NCBI RefSeq assembly: GCF_030684315.1
Contig: NC_081378.1
Location: forward strand, 43,830,191-43,894,190
DNA: 64,000 nt
Direction: 5' to 3'
Source of the DNA: Stegostoma tigrinum
Lineage: Eukaryota
Each line of letters begins with the position of its first letter. Position 1 is the first letter of the stretch. The notes beneath the pieces are model-generated. The model was given only the letters and a program-made list of their open reading frames with translations, ran no database searches and was not told the origin of the DNA. Positions 1 through 12,230 of this stretch are shown piece by piece. A program made the position numbers and the translations under genes.

Positions 1-315
1 CCTAGATTGCAGCAAGATTATTTATCATGAGGTGAGGCAGGGATAGGGCTTGAACAGGGAGCATTGGTTGCAGAAGATGGGAGGCATGGTGAGGGCTATA
101 TCTGCTTCAGGAATATGGAATGGATAAAAAATTAGGTTGGCAGAGGCCCAAAGTATTTTAGTGGGATCTAGAGATCCGCTCCTTTGCTCAGCTCCAATAA
201 AAAAAATCTGAACTTACCTGAGATAATGGGAACTGCAGATGCTGGAGATTCCAAGATAATAAAATGTGAGGCTGGATGAACACAGCAGGCCAAGCAGCAT
301 CTCAGGAGCACAAAA

Positions 316-348
316 GCTGACGTTTCGGGCCTAGACCCTTCATCAGAG
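316..348 (-). ncRNA. Minimal hammerhead ribozyme (mirror copy)
   Basis: Exact reverse complement of 354-386 in the other arm of the palindrome. Confidence 0.8.
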
Positions 349-353
349 AGCCT

Positions 354-386
354 CTCTGATGAAGGGTCTAGGCCCGAAACGTCAGC
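354..386 (+). ncRNA. Minimal hammerhead ribozyme (PLE type)
   Basis: ct-CTGATGA-a-GGGT-ctag-GCCC-GAAAC-GTC-ag: intact core, 4-bp stem II, palindromic ACGT in helix III, GUC cleavage triplet. Confidence 0.8.
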
Positions 387-697
387 TTTTGTGCTCCTGA
401 GATGCTGCTTGGCCTGCTGTGTTCATCCAGCCTCACATTTTATTATCTCTGAACTTACCTTGCAGGTTTGGTTTGTGGCTGAGTCCATGGCAGATCATCC
501 CACCAGTTAGCGTTAAATGAGCTCTGCAGAAACATGACTCTCATTGGCATGGATTCTTGAGCCCATCACAGCATTCAGGAGGGACTGAAACTATCCATAC
601 CCAGCTTTAAAATGGCTGCCAAGCTGAGTGACAGAGTGGGAACTGGGCTGCTTTTCATTTTTGACACACACGCTATCTGAACTTTAAGACTTTGGTT

Positions 698-1128
698 ATG
701 GGATTTGGGTTTTGCTAGCTAAGCCAGCATTTATTGCCAAACCCCAACTGCCCAGTAAAATACCTAATCACCAAGTCATCACTTATTAACATATGCACGG
801 TACATGGGCCAGCTCAGAGTCAGACCCTAGAATGAGGAGAACCTCTGAATCTCCTTTTTACATCTGTTGCCAGGGATCCCTGATTGGCCCAGGTTAATGG
901 CCACAAACATGGATCTCACAGTCATTTAGATCCACCTAGCCCTGGTTCCATTCACTATGCCCAGAATCCATTAAGAAATCAACCACAATCCTGTGGATTT
1001 GGAGTCACAGAGAGCCAAGGATGGCATATTTCCTTCCCTGAAGGACATTAATGAGCCAGATTAGCTTTTCTGACAATCAATAGTGGACCCATGCGCCTTA
1101 TTTGGTTCACTTTTTTTTTAATTCCAGC
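698..1128 (-). mobile_element. Degraded SINE with L2-like tail, interrupted by a ~200-bp unrelated insert (~755-960)
   Basis: gccagcatttattgcc and ttccttccctgaaggacatta match the SINE copies at 4047 and 13657. Confidence 0.65.
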
Positions 1129-2184
1129 GTTTGCCCAGCTGAGGGCAATAAGATTTCATTTCCCTTTTGGAAGTTGAATGCCTCACTCATTTGCGTTTTT
1201 CTCTTTGAAATAGCAAACTGCAATAACTAAGTCAGTTGCAGAGCTCCAGTTCTGCCTCTGACAAATGTTGCTTGAAGAGACGACAGTTTGAATCTGGGCC
1301 GGCACAGTCTCCTCTTTGGAGCCAAATGCTGCCTTGGTTCTGTCCCATCTTTCTTTGTTTTCATTTAAATAATCAGATTTGAGGTAGGTGAAGGGATTTG
1401 TGGGAAGGGCCATCAATGATTACGCAGGTTAAATGATTAAATTGTAAAACAGGTCAAGAGACTAACTGGCCTGCTCCAGTAGGAGGTAACGCAATGGCCT
1501 GCTCCTTGTCACAACCTTGCTCAGGTGGAACAATGGGGCAACAAATGGCAATGAGAATACATTCAAGATTGTTAGATTTTCAGTTTCAATGTGAAACCAC
1601 TCAGGTGAACGGAGAAGAAAGAATTTCAGGTCTTTAAATAAAATATTTCAAGAAGCCACATATTATCATATTGTTTGCCAATCACAATAACATAGAAACT
1701 AAGAGTTGATCTTTTTCACTCCAGTGCAGCACTTGGACTGGATTGCTTTAAGGTGGCTGTGCCATAACATTGACTGAATGATCTTGTTTGCAATTTTTCA
1801 AGTAAGTGCCTGTTGCAGTAGTCATCCAATTCTCGCTAAAATGATTGAAATCCGTTGATCTGCCTGCACCACAGATTCCCATCCCAGATGTCAAGATTAG
1901 ACATGTGATTTAAAAACATCCACAGCTGCGGGCTGAGGGCCCTGTCTGGACTTCTTACAATAAGTTCTGCTTGTGGCAATGTGGAAATATGCGCTGGGTT
2001 AAATGAACTAGAATAGTATGGTGGATGGGAGTAACAATGTGAAGCTTTTCTCAACTTAAATTCATTCAGAGCCTGAAGCACCGATGTGGCCTCCATCAAA
2101 CTATAACCTTAAAGTGCAGAATTGCATAGTATTAATTTTTTTTAAAAGATCCATTATGTGAAGTATGAGACCAATTCTATTCAA

Positions 2185-2512
2185 AGAGAACAAAGAACAA
2201 AGAAAATTACAGAACAGGAACAGGCTCTTCGGCACTCCAAGCCTGTGCTGATTGAGATCCTCTGCCTAAACCTGTCATCTATTTTCTAAGGGTCTGTATC
2301 CCTTTGCTCCCTGCCCAGCCATGGACCTGTCCAGATACATCTTAAAAGACACTATCGTTTCTGCGTCTGCCACCTCCACTGGCAACGCATGCCAGGCACC
2401 CACCACCCTCTGTGTAAAGAACTTTCCACGCATATCTCCCCTAAACTTTCCTCCTCTCACTTTGGCCTCATGACCCCTAGTAACTGAGTCCCCCACTCCG
2501 GGAAAAAGCTTC
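2185..2512 (-). mobile_element. CR1 LINE 3' fragment (same young family as 19781-23326)
   Basis: ORF TRGHEAKVRGGKFRGDMRGKFFTQRVVGAW...LENR; (gaacaaa) repeat tail. Confidence 0.92.
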
Positions 2513-3194
2513 CTGTTTGCATTTTGACACTGAAGAGATTCTCTAAAATTGAAAATGTGCCGAACTGAACTTTGAAATTAAGCTGCTTTTCATAACAAAC
2601 AAGAGTAAATTAAAAAGTACAGAGCTCCTTTCATAATAAGTTTGAGAAAACATATCCAGCTCCCAACCTCAAATTACACTATTTGTAGCAGTGTTCTATG
2701 CTTATTAAGGAAAATGAAAGATGTACTTTGGGCTTTAAGGTGTGGTTATGGAAAAAATAAAACTATTCAGAAAATTGCTAATTTTGGGATTAATTGTTTA
2801 TGAATGAGTAATGCCAAAAATAAACATATGATTACTGGATCGCATTTTGACTTCAGTAAGAGTGTGTGAAGCATAGAGGCTGGGAAAGATCAGTAATTTG
2901 GAAGAGCGAGGTGAGAGCTGTTTAGTGAACATGATGTATGCAGTACTGAGAGTTGCCATCCATGAGCTTTACTGATTTATGTGTGTGCAGTGGCGGAGTA
3001 GGGGTGGGCTAAAGAAAGATGGTAGAGCTTACCCTTGTGTAGCACAAGAAGATTATTAACCTCCTTCTTGACTGGCTGGGCCTTCTTTCTAACCCAGGGC
3101 ACAGCACTGACCTAGCCACTATCTTGGTTTCGGGTGGCTATATCTGGTTGCATCACTTCCTTTGACTGTTAACAGTGGACGGCGTGCTGGGGAT

Positions 3195-3555
3195 TCACCA
3201 GGATATTGCCTGGACTGGAGCATCTTAGCTATGAAGAAAGGCTGACTATGGTCAGGTTTTTTTCTTTAGAGTGGAGAAGGCTGAGAGGGGGCCTGAAAGA
3301 GGTGTAAATGAGGGGAATGGATAGGGTGGATAGGAAACAGTTGCTCTCTTTAGTTGAATAATGCGAGGACATAATTTTAAGTTGAAGGGCAGGACATTTA
3401 GAGATTTGAGGAAAACACTTTCACTCGGAAGATAGTGGAAATCTGGAATGTACTGTCTGGGACAGCAGAGAGCCACGAAATGTCGCAATCACAACCTTTA
3501 CAAAGTATTTGGCTAAGCATTTTAAATGTCAAAACATTCAAGGCTATGGGCCAAG
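3195..3555 (+). mobile_element. Old CR1 3' fragment
   Basis: ttcaccaggatattgcctggactggag...agctatgaagaaaggctg; decayed C-terminal ORF2 motifs. Confidence 0.75.
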
Positions 3556-3556
3556 T

Positions 3557-4742
3557 CGAGTCATTGAGTCATGCAACACAGAAACAGACCCTTCAGTCCA
3601 ACCAGTCCATCCCAAACAATGTTCTCAAACTAAACTAGTGCCACCTGCCTGCACTTGGTCAATATCCCTCCAAACCTTTCCTACTGAAGCCTTTTAAATG
3701 TTGTGACTGTACCCTGGCAGTCCATTCCACACATGAGCCACACTGTATAAGAAAAATGTCCACCATGTCCTTTTTAAATCTTTTTCCTCTCACCCTAAAA
3801 ATATGCCGCTAGTTTTGAACTTCCCCACCTCAGGAAAAAAGACCATTTCCATTCACCTTATCTATGACCTTTGTGATTTTATAAAACATCTATAAGGTCA
3901 TCTCCCAATCTGCAGTGCCCTAATGAAAATGTCCCAGTCTTTCCAAACTATTTTTATCTCTCAAACCGTCCGTTCCTGGCAACATCCTGGTAAATCCTTT
4001 TTGAATTCCCTCCAGTTTAATAATATCCTTCCTATAACTTTTCGCAGAGTCAATGGCCTAGTGGTATTATCATTGGGCTGTTAATCCAGAGACCCAAAAA
4101 ATGTTCTGAGCATCTAGATTCGAATCTCACCATGGCACTTGGTGAAATTTGCATTTAATAATTATCTGGAATTAACAATCTAATGATGACCGTGAATCCA
4201 TTGCAGATTGTTGGAAAACCCACCTGGTTCACTAATGTCCTTTAGGGAAGGAATCTGTCATCCTTACCTAGTCTGGCCTACATGTGACTCCAGACCCACA
4301 GCAATGTGGTTGACTCTTAACTGCCCTCTGGACATTTAGGGATGGACAACAAATGCTGCCTAGCCAGCAACGCCCTTGTCCTATGAATGAATAAAGAAAA
4401 AACCACAGGGCGACCAGAACTGCACACAGCACTCCAGAAGTGGCTTTACCAACATCCTGTGCAACCTCAACATGATGTCCCAATTCCTATACTCAAAGAT
4501 CTGGGCAATGAAGACAGATACACTAAATACATTCTTAACCGCCCTGTCTACCTGTGATGCAAACTTCAAAGAATTATGTACCTGAACCATTAGGTGTCTC
4601 TATCCTACAACACTACCCAGGGCCCTAACAACAAATTGTGTAAGTCCTGTCCTTGTTTGTTTTACCAAAATGCATAACCTCACATTTATCCAAATTAAAC
4701 TCCATCTACTACTCGTCAGCACATTGACACAATTGATCAATA
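3557..4742 (-). mobile_element. CR1 LINE 3' fragment split by a SINE
   Basis: VQVHNSLKFASQVDRAVK...LLECCVQFWSP; sequence breaks at tccttcctataac (~4038) and resumes at agggcgaccagaac (~4407); gagtcatt tail. Confidence 0.9.
4047..4403 (+). mobile_element. tRNA-derived SINE with L2-like 3' tail
   Basis: A-box-like tggcctagtgg, B-box-like gattcgaatc, tail gggatggacaacaaatgctgcctagccagc...atgaatgaataaag; several copies in the window. Confidence 0.85.
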
Positions 4743-6395
4743 CTGTAAAGTCAGATTAATACAGATAGGTTGGTGGAGACATGATAGACCAAAGAACCTA
4801 TTCTGTGCTATATTACTATGATGTATAAATACAAATTGGTCTCTGCTTTGAATTGCAACTTTTTTCAGGTTTAGATAACAGCTGCTCACCAGATATTTTC
4901 ACTTATCATGCATTCAAAAATTTCAAACCCCAAAGTGTAAAATATATTCCTACAATATAATGCGATGCAACAGTTATGTAACAGTGTGATTTGTTACAAA
5001 CCAGGTCACTATTCATATTTTCGTGGATGGTCTTAATATGAAACAACAATTCTTTTATGGAATGTTGTCATTGATTTTCCAAAGAATAATCCTTATTGTG
5101 TGTTCTATTCTCATCTAAATTTATCAGATGCCATGGAAATTATGGGTTCTATTCCAGTCAAAGTATGAGTTTGCATTTTCTGATACACATCATATAAGTT
5201 GGCAATAAAATAAGATGTGTTTAGCTGGACATTTTCAACAAAATATCTTTTAAAGTTCCATTCATGATTGTGCAAAGTTTGGAAATATGTGTGGCGATCA
5301 TGTTGTGAGATTACCCCAACCTAAAAAGCAAATGGAAGAAATATGAACATGATTCCAAGATTGAAGAATTTGATATGTCCAGTTAAAGCATTTAAAAAGA
5401 GATTAGAATATTAATTTAAAATGCAGTTTTACAGGAGAAGACAGGAAAACGTCACTAAGGGACCTGCTCAATCAATGACCAGTACAGTTACAATGGGCCA
5501 AAGAGCCTCCAGCTGTGCAGAAACAATTCTGCGATTTGTGATTGTGTTTTAAGAAGAAAATATCCTTTCAGTTTCCAAATGAAACTAGCTGTCACCAGGG
5601 GGTGTACTTTCCTTTGAGTTTGAAGCTAAATAGAAATTATTCTATCAAATGCACTGACTACATGAAAAAGTGCTTCATTCATCTGATGCACAAGGGGAGT
5701 AAATATAGCCTAACTTGTTCATACTCCTCAGAGGCTAAAGGCAGATGGCACAGGAAATAGAACAGTGACACTGCTGCTGTATTGGTATGAGGTTTCACGT
5801 CTGTGACTAAAGAACAAAGAACGCCTAGGGAGATCAAGTGACTTTGATGTAAAGCAGATCTCCTCTGTACATTTTCTAAAATGACACCTGCTCTTTCCAC
5901 ACTTGATTTTCCCATTAAAAGGTGATGTGTTAAATCTGGAACCAATTCAATGATTTAGATTACAGCATCCCTGGACAGTCTTAATTCCATTTTTTTTAAT
6001 TTACAAAGAGCTGAATAAGCATAGTGGATAGATTTTTCTTCAAGGATTGTGGTCCTGTTTAGATGAAAAAAAATGTGCTCCTTGAGTGGGGGAGAGGTTA
6101 ACAGCTGATCCAGCCCATGGCCTTCTGTGTAACCACACAACTTCATCAATATTTCATGTTCAAAGACGTAAGTTACTGTCATAAATATCTGGGAAAAGTG
6201 AAACAACCGATGAAGTGGTTTGAGAGAAAATATCTGTTTCCTAATTCTTGAGAAATTGCTTTGTATAGCAGACATTTTCTGAAATGCATGGTCGCTGAGA
6301 TAATGTGGAGACACTTAGTGCTGTCGTTTGGCTTCCCAAAGTGAAATTTGAGTGAAGAAACATTATTCCATTCCATCGGAAAAATGATTCATTGT

Positions 6396-6720
6396 GTCAT
6401 AAAATCCCTATAGTGTAAAAGCAGGCTGTTCAAGCCATCAAGTCCTCACCGACCCTCCAAACAGCATCCTACCCAGACCCAACCTCCACTCTATTCCAGT
6501 AACCCTGCATTTCCCATGGCTAATCCACTTAGCCTGCACATTCCTGCACACTATGGGCAATTTAGCACGGCCATCCACCTTTCCTGCACATCTTGAATTA
6601 TGGGAGGAAGCCCATGCAGACACAGGGAAAATGTGAAAACTCCACACAGTCACCCGAGGCTGGAATCGAACCCGGGTCCCTGGTGCTGTGAGGCAGCAGT
6701 GCTAACCACTGAGCCACTAT
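6396..6720 (-). mobile_element. HE1-type shark SINE
   Basis: tRNA head gtggctcagtggttagcactgctgcctcacagc...gggttcgattcc; V-domain gtgtggagtttt; CR1-like tail. Confidence 0.92.
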
Positions 6721-7894
6721 GAAGCCCTCACTTCATTTGTATTTTTGGTTCTCTTCCACTGGGGTGAAAGGCCCAGGTTGATTTTATAAAACACCAGCAA
6801 GGCTGTGAAAGACAGCAAAAGAAGGTATAAAACAAGAGGTGAGGAAGGCTTAACTATCTTTGGTACTAAATGCTATAAAATCTCAATATAGCAGATATGT
6901 CATGAGTTCAGCAGTTTTTGAGAACCTGGTGAACAATAACATTAATGTCTTAGTGACAGGAGAACTGTTGTTGTGGGGTGTGTATGAGTTCTTAATGGGT
7001 GAGGCCTATGGGTGCACCATCACATAATCTACCTCTGCATCTCCCTCCTAAACTCTGTCCAAAGGCTTAACTGAATTCTAAACTGGCTCTTGCTTACTCC
7101 TAGCATCTCACCATGTCTAGCACATCCCCAGTCACTCAACATTGTGTAATTGTTCCCCTATCAATTACCCTTCTTTCCTGGCTCTACACTCCCCTGGGCT
7201 CTAGAATTGCACTCCAATACTCATTCACTCAGGTAATTCCAGCTTTTCGCTGACAGTTTCACTAGGCCAAAATTGCCCCTGGGTTTTTCACTGAGTTTTA
7301 ATCTTGCTCAGTTGCATCCAGTGAATACTTGCTGTGGGATTTTCAAACCCCAATCTCAGCTGTACTAAACTATTAGTGGCACATGGTCCTTGCACAGCTC
7401 CAGGACCTCTCTGAGATCTCAATCCCCAGAGGTATTCAACTGCTCTGGGACTTCCCTGAGACCTCACTACACAAATCCTGTGGAGTTTAGTTGCCTTTAG
7501 CAGCTGAGTTAACAGCAGCACCACTTCAGACATCTGCTTCTGTTCCAGTCTGTCCACTTCTCCAACTAACTGTAACCTTTGAGCTCTCTTCAGTAGCCAG
7601 CAATCTGTCCTGATGAGCTTTTGAAACCTTGAAATAAGCCCCTCCCCTCTTGCTGGGCAGATTTGAATGTTGCCACCTAGCTCCCTCAGAACTACCGGTT
7701 CTGTAAATAATGCCAATCACAGACTGATGGCTTGCTCAGCACAAATAACTGGGTACAAAGAGAGGATTTCAACACCAAACAATAAGAAATCACTACCACA
7801 GCAATTTCTATTCCAACAATACAATAAATGCATCATTGGTTTTTACCACATTGAAACAATATTGCAAAATGCTATAGATTCTGGATATCTGACT

Positions 7895-8420
7895 TAGAAA
7901 CAGAAAGTGTCAGAAATGTTCAGCAGCTCTTGTACCATCAGAGGGGAAATGTTTCAAGTAGAATATAAATTCTTCAGACAGAATCAGAAAAATAGTCATA
8001 TCAGACTCAAAACTTTAGCTCTATTTCTCACTCCACAGGTGCTGCCAGACCTGCTGAGTATTTCTAGCCAAGATAACGAAGTGTGGAGCTGGATGAACAC
8101 AACAGGCCAAGCAGCATCTCAGGAGCACAAAAGCTGATGTTTCGGGCCTAGACCCTTCATCAGAGAGGGGGATGGGGAGAGGGTTCTGGAATAAATAGGG
8201 AGAGAGGGGGAGGCGGAACGAAGATGAATGGAGGAGAAGATAGGTGGAGAGGAGAGTATAGATGGGGAGGTAGGGAGGAGATAGGTCAGTCCGGGGAGGA
8301 AGGACAGGTCCAGGGGACGGAATGAGGTTAGTAGGTAGGAAATGGAGGTGCGGCTTGAGCTGGGAGGGGAGGATATTTCTAGCCCTTTGCCCAGTTTTAA
8401 GGCATAGTTTCAGTTTTGAT
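7895..8420. mobile_element. Old palindromic PLE (family B) remnant hosting a family A insertion
   Basis: ctccacaggtgctgccagacctgctgagtatttctagc and a decayed inverted partner at 7895-7980. Confidence 0.65.
8070..8373 (-). mobile_element. PLE family A 3' end with hammerhead (8133-8165)
   Basis: 11-bp TSD tatttctagcc at 8059-8069 and 8374-8384; same terminus as 254-350 followed by purine-rich (pyrimidine-rich on sense strand) 3' region. Confidence 0.88.
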
Positions 8421-8519
8421 CATATTAATCTCAGGTGGATTAAAATAAAGGACAGGTGTGAGTTTTAAATTTAGTGAAGGATTTTACAACAACTTCAGGT
8501 TTTGAAGCAACTTCTAAAA

Positions 8520-8868
8520 CATTCATAGTGGTAATATGACTAGAACAGTTATCCAGCCCTAATATCCTGGGAATAAGGGTACAAATCCCACCATGGCAGC
8601 TGGTGGAATATACTTTAAATAATACATCTGGAATCAAAAGCAAGTATCAAAGCATGAAACTATCAACTTTTGACATAAAACCCATCTTGTTTACAAATAT
8701 GCAAAATAAATTGGTCTACACATTACTGTAGACCCTCAGGAATGTGTCTGACTCTGAGCTACTTTCTGAAATGACATTGCAAGCCATTCAGTGCAAGGGT
8801 AATTTAAAATAAGCAGAAAATGCTGTTCATGGTATCAACACCCCATCCAGCAAAAGAATCTAATAAAA
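8520..8868 (+). mobile_element. Degraded tRNA-derived SINE with L2-like tail
   Basis: caaatcccaccatggcagctggtggaat...atctggaat; collinear with 4047-4403. Confidence 0.65.
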
Positions 8869-9914
8869 GGTAGCAGAACATTAAGTCATTTTTATACTTT
8901 TGATGATCAATATTGCATGTATATTTTACCATATGACATTCTAAAAATGTGACCATATGCATTGATTATTTGTAGACAAAAGCAGCAGTCAACTTGCAGA
9001 CAGATCCCAGGAGATGAGGGACGAATATTGACCAGAATGGTTTCCTCCTCTTCCTGGAAAAGGATGCTCTGATCAAGCATCAATCGTAAAAGTCTAGCTT
9101 CAATTGTGGGTCACTGCTAGAGTCTACCAAACCTCTTTAGGGTGTCGACCAAGCTTGGGGGGATCTTTCATTGAGAGCTGTTCCATGTAAGCTCTCCGAG
9201 AAGTTCAGCTTTCTTGTGTTCATCACCAGAATTGTCTTGAACTAACAGAAATTGGCCTGTTATATTGCATGTCTGAACTGTGCCATTATCACTCCTGCTG
9301 GAGCCATATGCTTTGTGCTGAGACCTTCCTTTACCTCCCTAAGAGCTGCTGTCACTGGCATATTCACTTTAAGATCCAATCCTGATTTCTGTCAAGCTGC
9401 CAAAGCTGTGTGGCAGGTTTCTCTTGAAACTTCTGTCGGGTTATAGCTAGATCCTCAAGGACGAGAATTACTGCCATTGTTATTTTCATGATCCAAAGCC
9501 GTCAGGGTTTGAAAAATTAGTTTTGAAAGATCAGTGTCTGAGTGAAAGCCATCCATCTGCTGTATTTATCTCCCTGTTGAGATAACCTATTAAACATGGG
9601 CTCTTCTGTTGGGTTTTAGCCACAAGAACTCCATTGAAGGTTAATTTAGATACTTATTTTGCATTGAACTCATGAAAGTGAGGTCAATGGATTGAAATAT
9701 TTGGCAATAAGGACAATACTGTACTTGTGTCTTCATTATTTTGCATTATTTTACTGCCTAATGAATTCATAATGAATTTACCTTTTTTTTAAATACAGAA
9801 ACCCTTCTGTTACACTTCGGATTTATGGATGATGGTTTCAATAGTTTAAAATTAACTGAGAGCAATAAATTATTGAGCAAAATTCTTAATTTGTTTTTGT
9901 GCATTTTAAAATGA

Positions 9915-10325
9915 AAGATAATAAGATAATATCTTTCATCATCATAGGACATCCCAAAATTTTACCGTTAATGAAATATGCTTGGAATGCAGTCGCTGTT
10001 GTAATATAGGAAATATGGCAGATAATTTAAGGGCAGCATGACCAGAGAATTTGTTTTAGTGATGTTGATTGAGGGATATCTATTGATGAGGACACTGAAG
10101 TGCATGCTTCTGTGCTTCATTCAATGTTCCTGTTGTATCTGTTTTCTCCACCTGCGGGGAATAGACCAGGCCTCAGTTTAACATCTCGTCTGAAAGATGG
10201 CACCCTAGTGCAGTGCTGAAGTGTCAATCTTGATCTTTGTGCTCAGCCTTGGAGTGAGATCTAAGCTGATAGATTTCTGACTTGGAGGTGAAAGAGCTAT
10301 AAAACTAAGCTGACATGCCACCAGT
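9915..10325 (-). mobile_element. SacSINE1-like DeuSINE
   Basis: Reverse strand reads ccatctttcagacgagatgttaaactgaggcctggtc...caggtggag and ccctcaatcaacatcactaaaac (Deu domain). Confidence 0.8.
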
Positions 10326-10967
10326 CCTGAGAAAACAACCTTGTCTAATAGAATGCACTCATATTCTTCCATTAACATGGGGGTAGAAATATATCTCAAA
10401 TGATGTCGTAAAATGTATTAGATCAATTTCCCATGACACATAACACATTATATGTATTTTCATTGACTACAGTGGAACTGTGTAACAGAATACTGTGCAT
10501 AAAGGTAGCTGACCATTTCAACACCCAAGATGGACTTTCAATCCATTGTCATTGACCAGGATTCAATGGATTTTAGTACATTGCAAATGTGAAACATCTG
10601 ACTCTTCTGTTAGAATCAAGGATTATTGGGCATGGAGTAAACCATATTCATTGACACAAGAAATAATTATATTGTAAGGTACCAAGTGGTTTCTGTCAGA
10701 AATGGCTTTCAACGGTGTAAACATACTAACACTGCACTAGATTTGATTTGTCAATACCGACAATGGCAGTCATTATCAGAGTTCGTAAAACTGAAAATGT
10801 CAAGGATATTGTTACAACCAAATTAATCCTACTTCTTCTTGAGCGCAACAAAGTTGGAATTTAAAAATGGAGAGATCATGCCATTTACATGAGACTGAGT
10901 GCAGTTCAGGATCAAAACAAGTCTGGCAGGTTCCTAAAATGACAAACAAAGACCCATTCTGTTGCAA

Positions 10968-11440
10968 AGGAGACAATAGCCTAGTGATATTATCATTAGA
11001 GCCTGAATACAGAAATCCAGGTAATATTTTGGGGTTAAAATTATATCAGTGATAATGGGAACTGCAGATGCTGGAGAATCCAAGATAACTAAGTGTGAAG
11101 CTGGATGAACACAGCAGGCCAAGCAGCATCACAGGAGCTTCTGTGATGCTGCTTGGCCTGCTGTGTTCATCCAGCTTCACACTTTGTTATCTAATATTCT
11201 GGGGACTGGGATTCAAATCCCACCACACCAGATGGCGGAATTTGAATCCAATAACGATCTGTAATTAAGCGTGTAATAGTGACCATGAAACCATTGTGGA
11301 ATGTCAGGAACAAAGATTTGGCTCACTAAGGGAAGAAATCCTCACCTGGTTTGGCCTACATGTGACTCCAGACCCCAAGTCTGGGCAATAAATGCTGGTC
11401 TAGCCAATGAAACCCACATCTCGTGAGTGAATTAAAAAAA
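10968..11440 (+). mobile_element. tRNA-derived SINE with L2-like tail, interrupted by a PLE hairpin
   Basis: Head gcctagtgatattatc, body ggcctacatgtgactccagaccc, tail gggcaataaatgctgg...gaattaaaaaa. Confidence 0.85.
11035..11191. mobile_element. Short palindromic PLE family A insertion
   Basis: Inverted arms centred on caggagcttctg; TSD taatattttgggg (11022-11034) / taatattctgggg (11192-11204). Confidence 0.88.
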
Positions 11441-11637
11441 ACCCACCACTTTCTCGAGCAAAAGTGCAGAGATTATTAATAGAAGGCATAAATTGTGCAA
11501 ATATATTCAACCCCCTGTGTTGAAGGAAAACAGACACTGAAAATCTCCAAATCTGGAGAACGAAATATAAAACGTTGTAGTGTGCCATCTTAAAATACCA
11601 AAGCAGGGTTCCTTGTCTGTGAGGAATTACCACAGAC

Positions 11638-12230
11638 ATGGTTTAAAAGGGAAGGTGGCTTTACCGACAGGATCCTGGAGGATCGGTTGGTTCGAAGAGT
11701 GCTGTCCTTTTTCCCTGAGGACTGCCAGAGGATACCTGGCCCAAAGTTGCCACCAGGGGTCATTGCAGTGTCCATGGTCTGGAGGTGCAGGAAAGTGGTT
11801 AATGACCTTCTGTGCTCCACAGGGCAAGTGCCACACTCTTTTCTCTGTTATCTTACACTCAACCTCACTCTATTACAGTACACACCTCTCACTGAGGCTC
11901 ATGCGCTTCCGTTGTCACTGTTGCCCGCAATACCTTTCTCACATGTCCTTGCCCACCCCAATAACCTGAGACTATAGGCCGTGCGTACCCACTGTCCTGC
12001 CTACTCACTCAATCAGCCCTATCAGCTGTGCCAGGCACTCATTCAATCGCTCCCTTTGTTTCATTCCAGAAGAAAACATGCCACTGTAAGGCAAAGAGAG
12101 ATGAGATGAGTGGTGGGGAGACAAACTTCCACTTCCTTCTCCCATATGAGGAGATGATCATTACTAATGTGAGAGAGGACCAGGACTGCTCATGTGGAGA
12201 TACCTAGACCTTCCATATCCCAGGAACCAA
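11638..12230 (+). pseudogene. Harbinger Myb/SANT-like partner gene relic, two exons
   Basis: Exon 1 decayed (KGKVA...LVRRVLSFFPEDCQR...WRCRKVVNDLL); acceptor tttgtttcattccag, then KKTCHCKAKRDEMSGGETNFHFLLPYEE; donor gtaag at 12231. Confidence 0.7.

Larger units (their letters stand above)
220..447. mobile_element. Palindromic Penelope-like element (family A) terminal insertion
   Basis: Perfect inverted arms 254-350/352-448 plus a 34-nt unpaired extension (220-253); 13-bp TSD tctgaacttacct at 207-219 and 448-460; contains hammerhead cores. Confidence 0.9.

Noticed and set aside
1183-1416. 77-aa minus-strand ORF ending near a gtgagg donor-like site
   Set aside because: No recognisable protein similarity, no acceptor, and its start overlaps what looks like a decayed CR1 3' end.
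6640-6720. tRNA-like sequence with A and B boxes
   Set aside because: It is the head of an HE1 SINE, continuous with the SINE body; not a tRNA gene.
7288-7716. 142-aa minus-strand ORF
   Set aside because: No identifiable domain or splice context; may be decayed transposon sequence but cannot be assigned.
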